A stretch of DNA of 63,147 bases, the filler included, from Craspedostauros australis (taxonomy: Eukaryota): the NCBI GenBank assembly GCA_030167865.1. It is 5 parts of 5 records of this genome, joined end to end, with 100 filler letters (N's around TTAATTAATTAA, not from the genome) between each part and the next. Parts side by side here need not be neighbours in the genome. Positions count along the whole stretch, not along the records: positions 1 to 6,376 come from JALAGF010004213.1; positions 6,477 to 12,503 come from JALAGF010004214.1; 3 more parts are not named here. One strand, given 5' to 3'. The position numbers and the translations under genes are program-made. Every line of letters begins with the position of its first letter. The stretch's first letter is position 1. The notes under the pieces were generated by a model, which was given only the letters and a program-made list of their open reading frames with translations, was not told the DNA's origin and did not search any database. This document shows positions 1 through 9,855 of this stretch, one piece after another.

Positions 1-1
1 C

Positions 2-3000
2 CCAAGTCTTAACCACTTGAACAGACGCTTTGTTCTGCTTGCTCTGTTGCTCATTTCTTGGTTGTATCGTCGCTGCTTCATGCTTTGCCTTGGATAGTTG
101 CTTTGGGTGTCGGAAAAGAGACATGCGAGTGAGACGGTAGAACGTGCGTTTACCCACTGGCTTCGTCAAGAGATCTGCCTCGTTGTCAATTGATGCGATG
201 TGAATGAATTGAACAGCCTTTGCTGCAATCGCTTCGCGTACGCGGTGGTATGCAATGCCGCAATGTTTCTTCTTCAGTACGCTGGTGGGGATGGTCGTGT
301 TGATGACCATGGACTTGTTGTCTCCAAGGAGAAGAGCCGGCCCATCGATTGGGACACCGATGACGCATAACGCAGTCCTCAACTCGACCACCATATCCAC
401 AGCGATCCGTGCTGCAACCAATTCGGAGCCATAGGCCGATGACTCTACCATCTTCTGTCGTTGACAGAATGTGCGGACGACCATGCCATTGATCTTCGCG
501 ATAATGCCGGTGACCGATCGTCTTGTCACAACGTCGTGTGCATGATCTGCGTCGACATACACCATGATCTTGGCTGCTTTGCCTCTCGGTGTCGGTTGGT
601 TGTGTGGCATTTCTTCTGATGCATCCAGATAGAATTCCGCCCATTTATTGTATTCGTCAGGATCTGCTGTCGTATGTTGTGGAGGTGTTGGGTCACACAG
701 GAGCATGCCGTTGCTGTGTGTCTTGAGGTACCCGAATACTCGGATCATCGCCTTGAGGTGTCCAACTCGTGGCGTCATGGAGAATCGTGCCAGTGCCATG
801 GTAGTGTCCTGCACATCGTACCAACCAAGCGTGATGATCCAGTTCGCACTCCCAATGAGCGTTCGAAACTTGCTGGCTTCAGATGCCTCCAACAGATTGG
901 TGTTGTCGGTCGCAGCATGGTATGCTTCTGCCATTGGTGTGGCCACCTTGGGAAGCTTCGTTTTCAGCAGTGATTGATCCTCCACATACTTGCTCACAAT
1001 GTACGGATCATGTAGGCGCATGTCATCCAGCCGGTGCCATGAATTCGTCCCGTCCATCCATCCAACGTTCACCTTCCAGTGCTCATTGTCAGACCCTTTG
1101 AACCGCATCTTGTGTTGGATGATGCATGCTGCTCTGTTCTGCATGTCTTGCCCTTCCGCCATCTCTTCGATCAAGTCTTCACAGTAATCAGCATGGATGA
1201 CATAGTTCAAATGTTGTACCTCCTCCCGTGTTAGTCCGGCGACGATGTGCCATGGCTCAATGTTGAGGTATCGCTCCTTTGCTGGCACGGATGACTCCAC
1301 TGGGTAGAAGTTGCCATGGTCCATGATGCCCGATGCTGCTTCATGTCGATGTCCAAACAGGGTGTGCGGGGACATGGCGATGGGTTGATGCTCACCAATT
1401 GCCGTCATCAGTACATTCTTGATGGACCTTTGCTGGTCCTCAGGTTTCCACGATGGACTGCCGCCCCTGTCTCTGATTCGTTGTGATCGTCGTTGTGTGT
1501 CGACTCGCTTGTCGTTGGTCGGTGTGTTGGCTCCATCACGCGCAAGAACCCCCCCTTTCGCCGGCGATGCGGCAGTTGCAGAACGTTTCGGCGAATGTGG
1601 TGCGCCCTTGGCGGGCCGACCAGCAGGCGGGCGGTGTCGGCTGCGTGTTGGCTGGGATGTTGTGTCACGCCCCTGCGTGCGGCGCCGGTTGGTGACCACG
1701 GAACGTCGGTACCTCCTCAACTTCTGGTTGATCGGGAGCGGCGACGATGCCATGGCGAGGGGGACATCCAGCATTTCGTGCTTCAAAGCGGGATCGAGTT
1801 GTTGGCTGTACTTGAGCCGTTGGTTGCGCACGTCATCGCGGAATGGCCACACGACACTCCGAGTAAGAACCCGCTGTGTGTCATCCGCAAGGATGTAGTA
1901 TGTCAATGCGTCGCCACATGAGGCAGCCACTCCAAGCCAGTACCCGGTGCGTTCTTTGGGGTCAGGGAACGAGCTCTGTGGACCAAGATAGTACACTCTC
2001 TCATAGAACGTGAACGTCAAGAATGGCGAGATATCGATGATTTTGCCGTGTCGCATGGTGAGCGGGATGTTGTACCGCAACGACTGATTCGAGGTGACAT
2101 TGTGGATGTCCGCAATGTACTTGGCAGTGTGATACCATGCGCGTGGTGGTGCCCCAGTGCGATCCAGAAGGGTTTGCACATGGCCCTTGATCCATATGAC
2201 GGCCCGCAACTCCGCAGGATTCTGCTGCTGATTGCCTGGCTCTGTCAACTCCACGCCAATGTGCAAATCACGGAGGATCTTATCGACATGTTCGCCCACC
2301 TGCTCGCCTGCATTGTCCATGCCAAAGGCCCACGGTGCACCTTCTTCTCGGATGAACATGTTGATCACATCGTGTGCCATCTGCTTTGTTCGGAGACCGA
2401 CAACGTTGATTACATGCAACGCAGTCCCAAAAAACACCATCAGCCATCTCACCACTGCCTTGCAGTCTTGAGTGGTGCGCCGGATGGTCTCTTTGACGAT
2501 CCGTGCGTTGCGCCATCCCAGGTACGGTCGGATGCGTTCTGGATTGTCGACGTTGTGCCGCGCTCGCGCTCGGAACCCCACCTCACGGACGTCGGTACCC
2601 TCATGGTTCAACCGGTCATCTATGCGGTGCTGGTGTTGGCGTTGTAAAGCATCTGACAGGTCATCATATTCTGATACCTCGTCTGTTGCCTTGCTGCCCT
2701 TCATGTGCACGTTGGTGGTCGGTAGTGTGGTGTCACCCACATGGGTTGTGGCGTCTGGGATATCCCACACCTGCTTTTGTTCCATGCGGAAAGCATCCAT
2801 GTCGGTGTGTTGGCCGCTCCCAGGACCTTCCATGCGGTCCATGAGTTCGCGCAGTGTGCCACCTCCTTTCACCATTCGTGACACGTAGGCTGCGTACGAC
2901 GTCGGGTCAAATGTGAACGGCATGTCGCCCCCCACCAGTCCTTTGTACTCAAGCGAGTCCAGGAAATGGTCCACGGGGTCGATTGCCATGGGTTCCTCCT

Positions 3001-4138
3001 CCTGGCTGTACTCTTCATCCGCGTCGGCATCACCAGGCTTCAGCATACCAAGGTTGGCCGACAGCACTGGATGTTGATGCCCTTCATAGCTGATCAAGTC
3101 AGGGCAAGTGTCAGCGCTGTCTGGACTGGGCACGGATACGGACCTGAGCTGGAAAGGTTCGACGTCGTCGTCCTTGGACTCCGCATGAGGTGACCATGGT
3201 TCGTCCTTGGTGATCTCGTAGATCGGCAGTTCAACGAGGTCATCTTCTGTTGGTAGCTCAATGCTGAACGCCATCAGTGCATCCCGCACTTTGAGCTCAA
3301 TGCGTGAACCCTTCCTCGGTACGTACGACTGTGTTCCCTTTGTGGGCGGGTCCATTGATGTGTAGTGCTGTTTGGACGCTGAGTCAACCACGCACCCATT
3401 AGACTGCAGCTGGTATTCGGACAGCAAGGTCACTCGACTCATGGGGTTGAGTGCACATTCGTGTGCCTTGAGGATGACTTTGCATCCATCATCCAGCGTG
3501 GCCTTGGTCCATGCTGATACCACTCGGAGCCCATTCTTTCGCATGCTGGATGGGATAGCCCCAATGACGTTGATGAACCGTCCGGCGTACACAGTCTCCA
3601 CTTGCCATACGTCACCCAGGCTGCCCAGGATCGAGTACTGCGTTCCACTGTCGCAAATTGCGTAGGCCTCCTCATTCACGTCAGTGGTGTTGGCTTGCAC
3701 GTCGATGTATGCCAATGCAGCTGTGGGATCCTGTTCTCTGCCTTGCACTGGCGTGAGTGTGGCATCATCATGTCGGATTTGCGCAATGTACATGCGCAGG
3801 TTACGAATCCGGTTGGCGCTCTCCATCACGTCATAATCGTCGTCAGTGTCATTGGACCATGAGCTGCTGCTGTCGTCAGAGTATTCAGTGGCTGTTTTGC
3901 CCCTGTTGGTGGTGCTGCCACTGTCCATGCGACTTCGGTACTGACGTGCCTCATTGACGTTGTACTGCATTGGGATTGTCGCAGCTGGAGTTGTTGCAGC
4001 AGCATCCGCTTGTGCTCCTTGTGCAACAGGCAAACGAACCCCCCCCGGGATCCGCGGCTGGTGCTCGATCGTGGGTTTGGTCACGCCTGCCACCGTGGTT
4101 GCAGCGGTACCCACGAGCGCGGTCGCGAAGCCGTCGGA
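2..4138 (-). CDS. pol: pol frame (protease, integrase, partial RT, RNase H), open off the window start
   Basis: Manual translation of the minus frame with codons at 2-4, 5-7 and so on found no stop below the TGA at 4139-4141 (~1379 codons). The track lists no terminated ORF in this frame, which is consistent with a frame that runs off the edge. Confidence 0.85.
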
Positions 4139-6272
4139 TCACCTTGCGCACTTGTTGCGGCAGCTTGGAGAACGTAGCACTGTCGATGAAGTCCGGTTCG
4201 CTTCGGGCGGCCTCGACGTGGGGCTGGGCGGAAAAGACCAAGGCCTCCACGTTGGCAATCCCACATTGGAACTCCACTGCGATGTATCGGACATCATCGG
4301 TGGCCTCTTCATACCCTTGAGCAGGCGCGGCGCGCTGGCTGTCATTGATACGTTGCTGACAGAGAGTGTGTATCGCATGGGGTAAATCATGGCAGATAGA
4401 TACCTTGTTGACGCCCTTGCTGTCCTGGACATGCACATTTGTGGTTGGGACAGGAGTGTTGTCGCCGTCCAGGGCACTGGTGTGATGTTCGACTGGTGCG
4501 GTGGGGCCATTGTGGGCTGCACAACAATGTTGAGAAGCAACTGCAGATGTTATGGTGCGCCCCTGGATGCGGCGTCGCGTTTTCGGTTTGGACCGTTGGA
4601 ATCGCTGCAGCTTTTGGTTCATGGGCAATGGCAATGAATCCAACGTTGGTGGGATTGCTGGCTCAACACGGATATTACCCTGTGCAAGCCCCTGCCTGAA
4701 CTTCAGTCCTTGGTTCTCCATGCTGGCACAGAATGGTTTCACAACACCGCCAATAAGCATGCACTGCTTGTTGTTGTACCGCACTGGGGTTGTTGCCGTT
4801 GCATCATCCGGTGCGCCTTGTGTTTTAGACAAATGAACCCACCTGTGATCCGTGGCCGCCGGTTGATGGCTGGCCGGTTCGCATTGACCACCTCGGTTGC
4901 ACCGATGTCCACGAACACACTCGCAAAGCTGTTGGATCACCGTGCACTTGTGTTGCTGCAGCCTGACGAATGTGGCGATGTTAACGAAATACAGGTTGTT
5001 GGAGTCCAAAACGTACGCCAAAAACCTGCCTTTTGTGTGGGATACAGGTGCAGAGGGCGCGACGTCTGTATCATCTGTCCCGCCAGGGTCCCATACGATG
5101 GGCTTTGTGACAACGAAAGCCTGGATGGTCCATGATGGCACCATCTGATACCCATCAGATGCAATGGTGTCACCCACGTCAACCATGTCGTCATCGCAAC
5201 ATAATGTGATGCTGCCTTCCGAATCCTCCATGTTGCCAGGGAAGAAAAGGTTGCAGACAGACACGACTGGTTCGAGGATCTTGCGTCCTTCATTTCCCAC
5301 AGGATGACCAGGGCCACATGCTCTCATATTGTCGGTTCCTTTCAGGGTGCTTGCTCCAATCACCTGGATGGTTGGGTGCACCGGCCAACGAGCCCCTCCT
5401 TTATCCAATGCTGGTCCTGGTGCCAATGTGGCTCCATGCTGTTGCCGTTCCATCTCAATCGATCCCAGCCCAATGGTTTCCCCCCAAGTTGGGTGTTGGA
5501 CCACTTTTGGTGCAACATGCCATGGGGACATGACCTTGCTGACGGATTGTTGAGTGTCACCCTTGCTGGATACGGTGAACTGCCAGGTGGGGCATGCACC
5601 AGTAGGAGACGGCGTTGGTATGCCATCAGAGGTTGCAGACGCGTGTTGCTGTTTGCCTGGTGCATTCTCTCTTGCAGACAAGGTGTCATCAGCAAATGCT
5701 GTTCCACGTGTTCCTGATGTGCGGCGCATGACGTATTCAACCCATTCAGATATTGATTGTAGTGGGCGCATGTATGCCTGTCTGGCCAATGCTATGTTGT
5801 TGGTGGTTGTCTCGTGGAACACTTTGCTTGGGTTTGTCTTGGCCGGGTATTTGTACTGCATAGCAGTAGCGTGTAGTTCTGCAGGGTCAAGTCTGTCGTA
5901 GTCAAATGTGGTCACGTTGTCTTCTGTTGTAAGGAATTTCCTCATGTGGTTGACCTTGTTGAGGGCAAACAGTCGTTTGAAGTCCATGCGTAATGCGGTG
6001 GTGGCAACTGGGTAGTGCAGTTCTGCAATGACCGATGTCAAGGATCGTCCTGCGTGGAAGAGTAGTGTGTCCATCACGCAATTTTGGTCGAGTCCTTCTT
6101 CGAGTTCGCATTGCTCGAACAGTGGCACGAGTGTCACAAACGCCTCTGTGAAACCGAGTGTTTTCGTGAGGTAATCCAGTACCGCGACGGTGGCTGGAGG
6201 TGGTTCGGCTGGGATGCGGATTGGGGAATCCAGCAACCCGCTCAGCAACACATCATCCGACGCTCGGCTCAT
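3951..6272 (-). CDS. gag: gag-like ORF (773 aa) with a mosaic central insert
   Basis: Long ORF directly 5' of pol. The C-terminal FIDSATFSKLPQQVRKVIRRLR segment resembles the end of CoDi gag. The centre contains segments homologous to this element's own pol. Confidence 0.7.
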   Translation of the reverse strand: MSRASDDVLLSGLLDSPIRIPAEPPPATVAVLDYLTKTLGFTEAFVTLVPLFEQCELEEGLDQNCVMDTLLFHAGRSLTSVIAELHYPVATTALRMDFKRLFALNKVNHMRKFLTTEDNVTTFDYDRLDPAELHATAMQYKYPAKTNPSKVFHETTTNNIALARQAYMRPLQSISEWVEYVMRRTSGTRGTAFADDTLSARENAPGKQQHASATSDGIPTPSPTGACPTWQFTVSSKGDTQQSVSKVMSPWHVAPKVVQHPTWGETIGLGSIEMERQQHGATLAPGPALDKGGARWPVHPTIQVIGASTLKGTDNMRACGPGHPVGNEGRKILEPVVSVCNLFFPGNMEDSEGSITLCCDDDMVDVGDTIASDGYQMVPSWTIQAFVVTKPIVWDPGGTDDTDVAPSAPVSHTKGRFLAYVLDSNNLYFVNIATFVRLQQHKCTVIQQLCECVRGHRCNRGGQCEPASHQPAATDHRWVHLSKTQGAPDDATATTPVRYNNKQCMLIGGVVKPFCASMENQGLKFRQGLAQGNIRVEPAIPPTLDSLPLPMNQKLQRFQRSKPKTRRRIQGRTITSAVASQHCCAAHNGPTAPVEHHTSALDGDNTPVPTTNVHVQDSKGVNKVSICHDLPHAIHTLCQQRINDSQRAAPAQGYEEATDDVRYIAVEFQCGIANVEALVFSAQPHVEAARSEPDFIDSATFSKLPQQVRKVIRRLRDRARGYRCNHGGRRDQTHDRAPAADPGGGSFACCTRSTSGCCCNNSSCDNPNAVQRQ

Positions 6273-6376
6273 CCTTGCTCGCGTTCAGCAGCAGCACCAG
6301 GAAACCCCCCGTGAACCGACGACGGATGCGATGGAAAACCCTCAACTGGCAGCTGTGTCGACGCTCACGGCCTCGC

Positions 6377-6476
6377 NNNNNNNNNNNNNNNNNNNNNNNN
6401 NNNNNNNNNNNNNNNNNNNNTTAATTAATTAANNNNNNNNNNNNNNNNNNNNNNNNNNNNNNNNNNNNNNNNNNNN
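6377..6476. other. Artificial scaffold spacer N44-TTAATTAATTAA-N44
   Basis: 100-nt block carrying a six-frame stop linker; identical at all four gaps. Confidence 0.98.
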
Positions 6477-7926
6477 GGGCGGCAAACGATCCACGCGCAC
6501 CTTCATCAACGTCAAGGAATCGCGCAAGTCGGCCATCACGCTGCGCGTCATGCAGCTGCTGCACCAGGTGCTGCGCAAGAGCATCCACATCACCAAGCGC
6601 GATCTCTTTTACACTGACGTCAAGCTCTTTGTGGATCAGACGGAGTCCGACAACGTGCTGGACGACGTCGCCACCATGATCGGCTGCACGCGCAGCAATT
6701 TGCACGTCGTGGCCAGCGACAAGGGGTTGGTGGTGGGGCGCATCCAGTTCGAGGAAGATGGCGATCCCATCGACTGCACGCGCATGGGGGTGGGCGGCAA
6801 GGCGATTCCGCCGTACATCGATAAGATTGAGAACATCCGCAGCGACGCCGAGTTCGTGCTGCTGGTCGAGAAGGAAGCCGCTTACATGCGATTGGCGGGA
6901 CGTTCGAGGGGGTGGGGATAATGTATCGCTCTCTCTCTCTCTCCAGAAGCGCGGGACTGCCTGTGTTATCGTGCCTGTGCGTACTCGCGTTGCGGGAGAT
7001 GTTCACAGTTGTGTTCACGGCAGTGCTCATGACAGTGTTGAATCATTCATTTGGAGTTGCGTAGAAGGAGGAAAGCAAAGTCTGTCCATTGATTGGATCT
7101 CAATGTGCTACATTCCATACATCCACTCACACCATTCCTCCGCGCACTCTGTGCATGCATGTCCTACACCGTGTACACTGCGCCTCCTACCAAACCGCAT
7201 GCTGCTCTTGAGGAGGACCGCTTTTACAACAAGTACCCGTGCATCGTCATCACGGCTAAGGGACAGCCCGATGTTGCGACGCGCATGTTCCTTTCCAGGA
7301 TCACCACGGAGTTGAAAATCCCTGTGTTGGGATTGGTGGATTCGGATCCGTACGGATTGAAGATTCTTTCCATCTACATGTCCGGAAGCAAGAACATGAG
7401 CTACGACAGCGCGAGCCTCACGACACCGGACATCATGTGGCTGGGACAGCGGCCGTCCGATATCAACAAGCACGATCTGCCGGATCAGTGCCGTTTGAAC
7501 GTGACGGCGAACGATATCAAGACCGGAGAGGAGCTCATGAAGGAGGATTTCATCATGAAGAATCCCAAGTGGCTCAAGGAGTTGCAAGTCATGGTAAGCG
7601 GTCTGGCCAGTGCACGAGTATTGCCGTGCGTTTGTTGGTCTTCGTCTGTTGAGTTGGGCATGTGATCTTCGTGCCTGCCGCGGTGTCCAGGAGCAGTCGA
7701 TCCAGGAAGCGTCCCTTCATTGCTCTCCACCACCGGCGGCTCAATCTTACCCTTCATTGCTGGCTTTCCTCGCCTCACCCATGCTTTGCTACAATTGCAC
7801 GAACCAACGGATCGACAGATCAAGACGAAGAAGAAGGCGGAGATCCAGGCGTTGTCATCCTTTGGCTTCCAGTACATCACTGAAGTCTACCTTCCACGCA
7901 AACTGAGGGAAGGAGATTGGATATGA
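6477..7926 (+). CDS. TOP6A: DNA topoisomerase VI subunit A / SPO11-3, 5'-truncated by the gap
   Basis: Motifs TKRDLFY (catalytic Tyr), LLVEKEA and DSDPYG (Toprim), and KAEIQAL. Inferred exons are <6477-6897, 7213-7593 and 7819-7926. Intron 2 is GTAAGC..CAG; intron 1 has a GG donor. Confidence 0.93.
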
Positions 7927-9855
7927 GCGCAGCTGCTACAGCTGCTGTCCCAGGTTTGTGCCACTCGACTCTGCCGCTGACGTGCGGAACAGGAACAATC
8001 CTGATTCGTCTCTCAAACACAGCAAAGGAGAGCACGAGCCCTCGAACAAGATACCTCGACCTCCACATACGGCTCCTCCGTGATGTACAGTAATACAAAT
8101 CCCATTTTCAATCACATGTTTACAGCAGCCTCCATTGATCGGCGTATCCCTTGGTTCGTTGCTCCATTCACGCCTATCTGCAAACATCCAATGACCATTT
8201 GTTCCTGTTGAGTCGTTAGCAGCGGTATCATCACTATCCTGCTCGTACCAACGAGCACATGCGTGTGCAAGTACCATACTTTCGTGTCCTCGCAGCTCGT
8301 AGTCTGCCAACAGCAGATGGTTTGAGCTTTGCCCATGGTCGACAACGTCTCGAACTAAGATCTCATTCCGGTCACCTCTCTTGCACGAGCGCCGAGGCCA
8401 TTAATTGTTGCGACGAAGCGTTCGTGGCGAACCCTTGCTTGATTCGTAGAATGGCGGCAAATTCCAATGCGCATTCACAACACCGCCACAACCACAGAAG
8501 AACACGACCGAAACAAGTTCGCGGACACGAAACAAAACCCGACCAGAAACCACTTTCATAGTATCCCCCTGATACTGTCGGCGAATTCAGGTGATCCAGC
8601 GACAAGGAATGCGCGCAGAAACGACAGGCCTGTGCTCTTTGCGGTGTTGCCACCACAATTATCACTGCGATTGTTGTTGCTGTTGCCATTACTGGTGCCG
8701 CTGCTGATGTTATTGCGATGACATTTCAATCCTAATGGCGATGCTATTGCCTCTTCTCCGGCTGTTCCTTTTGCAACTTTTGTTTCTGCTACGGAGACAT
8801 ATCTATAAATATACAACAATAATGGTATCCAAATTGTTGTTAGGTCGGTTGATCGTGCTTTCAAAAAAATATCCTTCTCATAGTATCTGTGTATCACGCT
8901 TAACACATTGCGGCAACTCATCCACATGAAAAGGGCTGCAACCATGTCATACGCCACGAGCAGGCGCGACACCACATTTTGGACGCATCCGATCAACGAT
9001 CCAGTGATGGCTTCTCTCTCTTTTCCTCCCTGATTGCCGTCACAAACGGCATCAACAGCATGAGCATCGTCAGAAGCCAAGAAGGAAGGACGACTCCCTC
9101 GTCCCCGACGCACATGCCAACAAATCCGCGTGATCTACATTCATTCCCGCACCTGCCTCCACCTCCGACATTGGCCGCCGACCGATTGAGACAAGCGACA
9201 AGTTATCATGTCGCAACTTCCAACGAACCCCAGCAAGGCGACGATCACCTCCGTTGCACGAATGATGCCGGGCGTCACGCTATGCCACGCCCGGTCGCCG
9301 AAAGCAAGGATGCTTGTCTGCAACGGCAGCAGAATTGACCGAGAGAACAACCAATGTGCTCTCCATGGTGCATCAGACCCACATCATGGATCCACATGTC
9401 ATCACGTTGGTTGGAGTGTGCCGTCTCACATGAGGAGATCTCCCTCCAGGATCTGCATCCCAACGCTCCAAACCAAACCAAACCAAAGGAAAGAAGGAAG
9501 GAAGAACAACGACCCAAGATCGTTGGAGGCGCAGCATTTCAATGCGCATTTGCGATTGCGCTTGGACAGAATGCGTATGTGCACTACGGCCAGTCACCAC
9601 CAACAACGCTATACGAACTACGCGTATGCTGTGACAACCACGCCACTTGCCCAACAGAGGAGCTGGATCGAACAATCCATCATTTCATCAATCAAATGAT
9701 GTGCTCACAAAATCAAAGGTCAAGCCAAGGCAAGAGCAAACACAACACGCAATCAAATAGCTTTTGATTTCATCACCGCCAGCAGCAACAACTGCAACTA
9801 TCACCTCACCACAAACTCCCACCGATAGATTCTCCCATCCACTTTCATCATCAAC

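Larger units (their letters stand above)
1..6376 (-). mobile_element. Ty1/copia LTR retrotransposon (CoDi-like), internally deleted and rearranged; LTRs not visible (cut by window edge and gap)
   Basis: Minus-strand domain order is gag, protease (AICDSGTQ, ~3645), integrase (MDNAGEQ...TEPGNQQQNPAE, ~2210-2325), chromo-like WMDGTNSW segment (~1040-1080), RT C-terminus (FRTLIGSANWIITLG...GHLKAMIRVFGYLK, ~715-870) and RNase H (YVDADHAHD..TRRSVTG, YGSELVAA, GDNKS, ADLLTKP, ~155-560). This is the copia order. Confidence 0.93.

Noticed and set aside
186..3957. Many short ORFs listed in the track
   Set aside because: They are shadow frames of the unlisted minus-strand pol frame.
6421..6432. TTAATTAATTAA palindrome recurring four times
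   Set aside because: It is always centred in N runs of identical length, so it is an artificial six-frame stop linker rather than a biological repeat.
8372..9113. Minus-strand ORFs over a somewhat AT-richer patch
   Set aside because: No recognisable motif or convincing gene structure, so neither a gene nor a foreign insert can be supported.
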